A DNA stretch of 64,000 nt. Origin: Hydrurus foetidus (taxonomy: Eukaryota). Below the pieces are notes generated by a model. It was not told where the DNA came from. It was given only the letters and a program-made list of their open reading frames with translations, and did no database searches. Shown here one piece after another: positions 61,558-64,000 of this stretch (the first letter of the stretch is position 1; the number at the start of each line of letters is the position of its first letter). A program made the position numbers and the translations under genes. The DNA lies in NCBI GenBank assembly GCA_900617105.1, contig UYFQ01000723.1, forward strand, positions 62,001 to 126,000. The letters are read 5' to 3'.

Positions 61558-61589
61558 AAGGGCTGTCTTGTATTAACAAGCCAGCCCTT
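61558..61589 (-). terminator. Terminator after eno
   Basis: AAGGGCTGTCTTG-TATTAA-CAAGCCAGCCCTT. Confidence 0.75.
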
Positions 61590-61609
61590 ACATATTCTAT
61601 AAAGAATTG

Positions 61610-62931
<1,322 letters not shown>

Positions 62932-63040
62932 TTATAATGATTGTTATGATTTAAACTATTGCTGATGAAAAAATATTTTCAACTTGAAGCAACCATTTTA
63001 TTTAGTTTTACGACTATAATATTGAAACTAAACTGGTTTT

Positions 63041-64000
63041 ATGAAAAACGCTTCAGCTTACTGCTTCTTATCGTAATATCCCTATCAATAAATAGTTGCA
63101 AAAGCACGAAACCATCACAACACCAGACCCTGTTGTACTATATGATGCAGGCACAACAATAACTACAGCCGTTGCGGGTAAAGTAACAGATCAAACTGGT
63201 GCAGTATTAAATGGTGTTCAAATAACCATTGGCAGTAGCACTACTATTACAGACGTTGGTGGCAATTTTATAATACCACAGACTAGCGTTAACCAAAAGT
63301 AGGATTGATTAAAGCCACTAAAGCTGGCTATTTTGCAGGTAGTAGAACCATTATTGCACAAGAAAAGTAATTAACAATATAACTATACAACTAGTAAAGA
63401 AAACCGAAACTGGCAGTTTTATCAATGCAACTGGTGGCACAGTAAATACTGCAACAGGAGCAAGTATTGTATTTGGTGCAAGTGCAGTGGCAGCAAAAAT
63501 GGTGCAGCCTATACTGGCACAGTTAAAGTGAGTGCATATTTTTAGACCCAACAAGTACCAATTGTTTTAAAGAAATGCCTGAGATTTCACGTAGCATTAA
63601 CACCAGCAATAACGAACAAGTTTTAACAAGTTATGGAATGATGGCAGTAGAGTTGCAAGGCAGTAATGGCGAGGCTTTACAAATAGCTACAGGCAAAACA
63701 GCAACACTAACATTCCCTATTGCAACAAGCATACAAGCAAATGCACCTGCAACCATACCTCTTTGGTTTTGATGAAACAAAAGGGATGTGGGTAGAGCAA
63801 GGTTCTGCTACTAAAACTGGTAATACTTATGTTGGCAGTGTTAGCCATTTTACTTGGTGGAATTGTGATTATGGCGGAGCATTTATTAATTACAAAATAA
63901 AATTTGTAGGATTTCATTTTTTCCTATCTCTAATGCTTTGGTTACTTTAACAAGAAAGGCAACCGGGGGTAGTGGAGTTCGAGTTCAAGTGGTATTACTG
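63041..64000 (+). CDS. Lipoprotein with carboxypeptidase-regulatory-like domain (3' truncated)
   Basis: INSC lipobox; GKVTDQTG, SYGMMAVEL.G, PATIPLW.FDE..G.W, VSHFTWWNCD. Confidence 0.75.

Overview
AT-rich (about one-third GC by eye) Bacteroidota chromosomal segment, most like Chitinophagaceae, judged from T9SS cargo, PorP/SprF, Bacteroidota-type LptD and TAnnTTTG promoters. Nearly every gene, including lon, uvrB, eno and lptD, is broken by single-base indels, mostly in homopolymers. I read this as uncorrected long-read error, so CDS coordinates are reconstructed across frameshifts and are approximate. Housekeeping genes: lon, two pseudouridine synthases, dinB, lptD, an amidase, ispD, uvrB, hppA, eno. 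There are six large T9SS-secreted proteins, including a DUF3494 ice-binding multidomain protein and a ~2,780-aa PKD/type-B-CTD protein with its PorP/SprF partner. Regulatory modules: LytS/LytTR, BlaI/BlaR1-amidase and FIST/PAS kinase. There is also an orphan C5 DNA methyltransferase. Most unusual signals: (1) a four-helix-bundle (23S-IVP/bAvd-like) gene inserted between two pseudouridine synthases and bracketed by mutually inverted 7-nt-period repeat tracts; similar heptamer-period tracts are written in-frame into the near-duplicated C-termini of two neighbouring T9SS proteins. (2) A drifting 11-nt-period array in a divergent intergenic region. (3) Near-total avoidance of CATG, and apparently GCGC. 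No rRNA, tRNA, CRISPR array, transposase or reverse transcriptase was seen.
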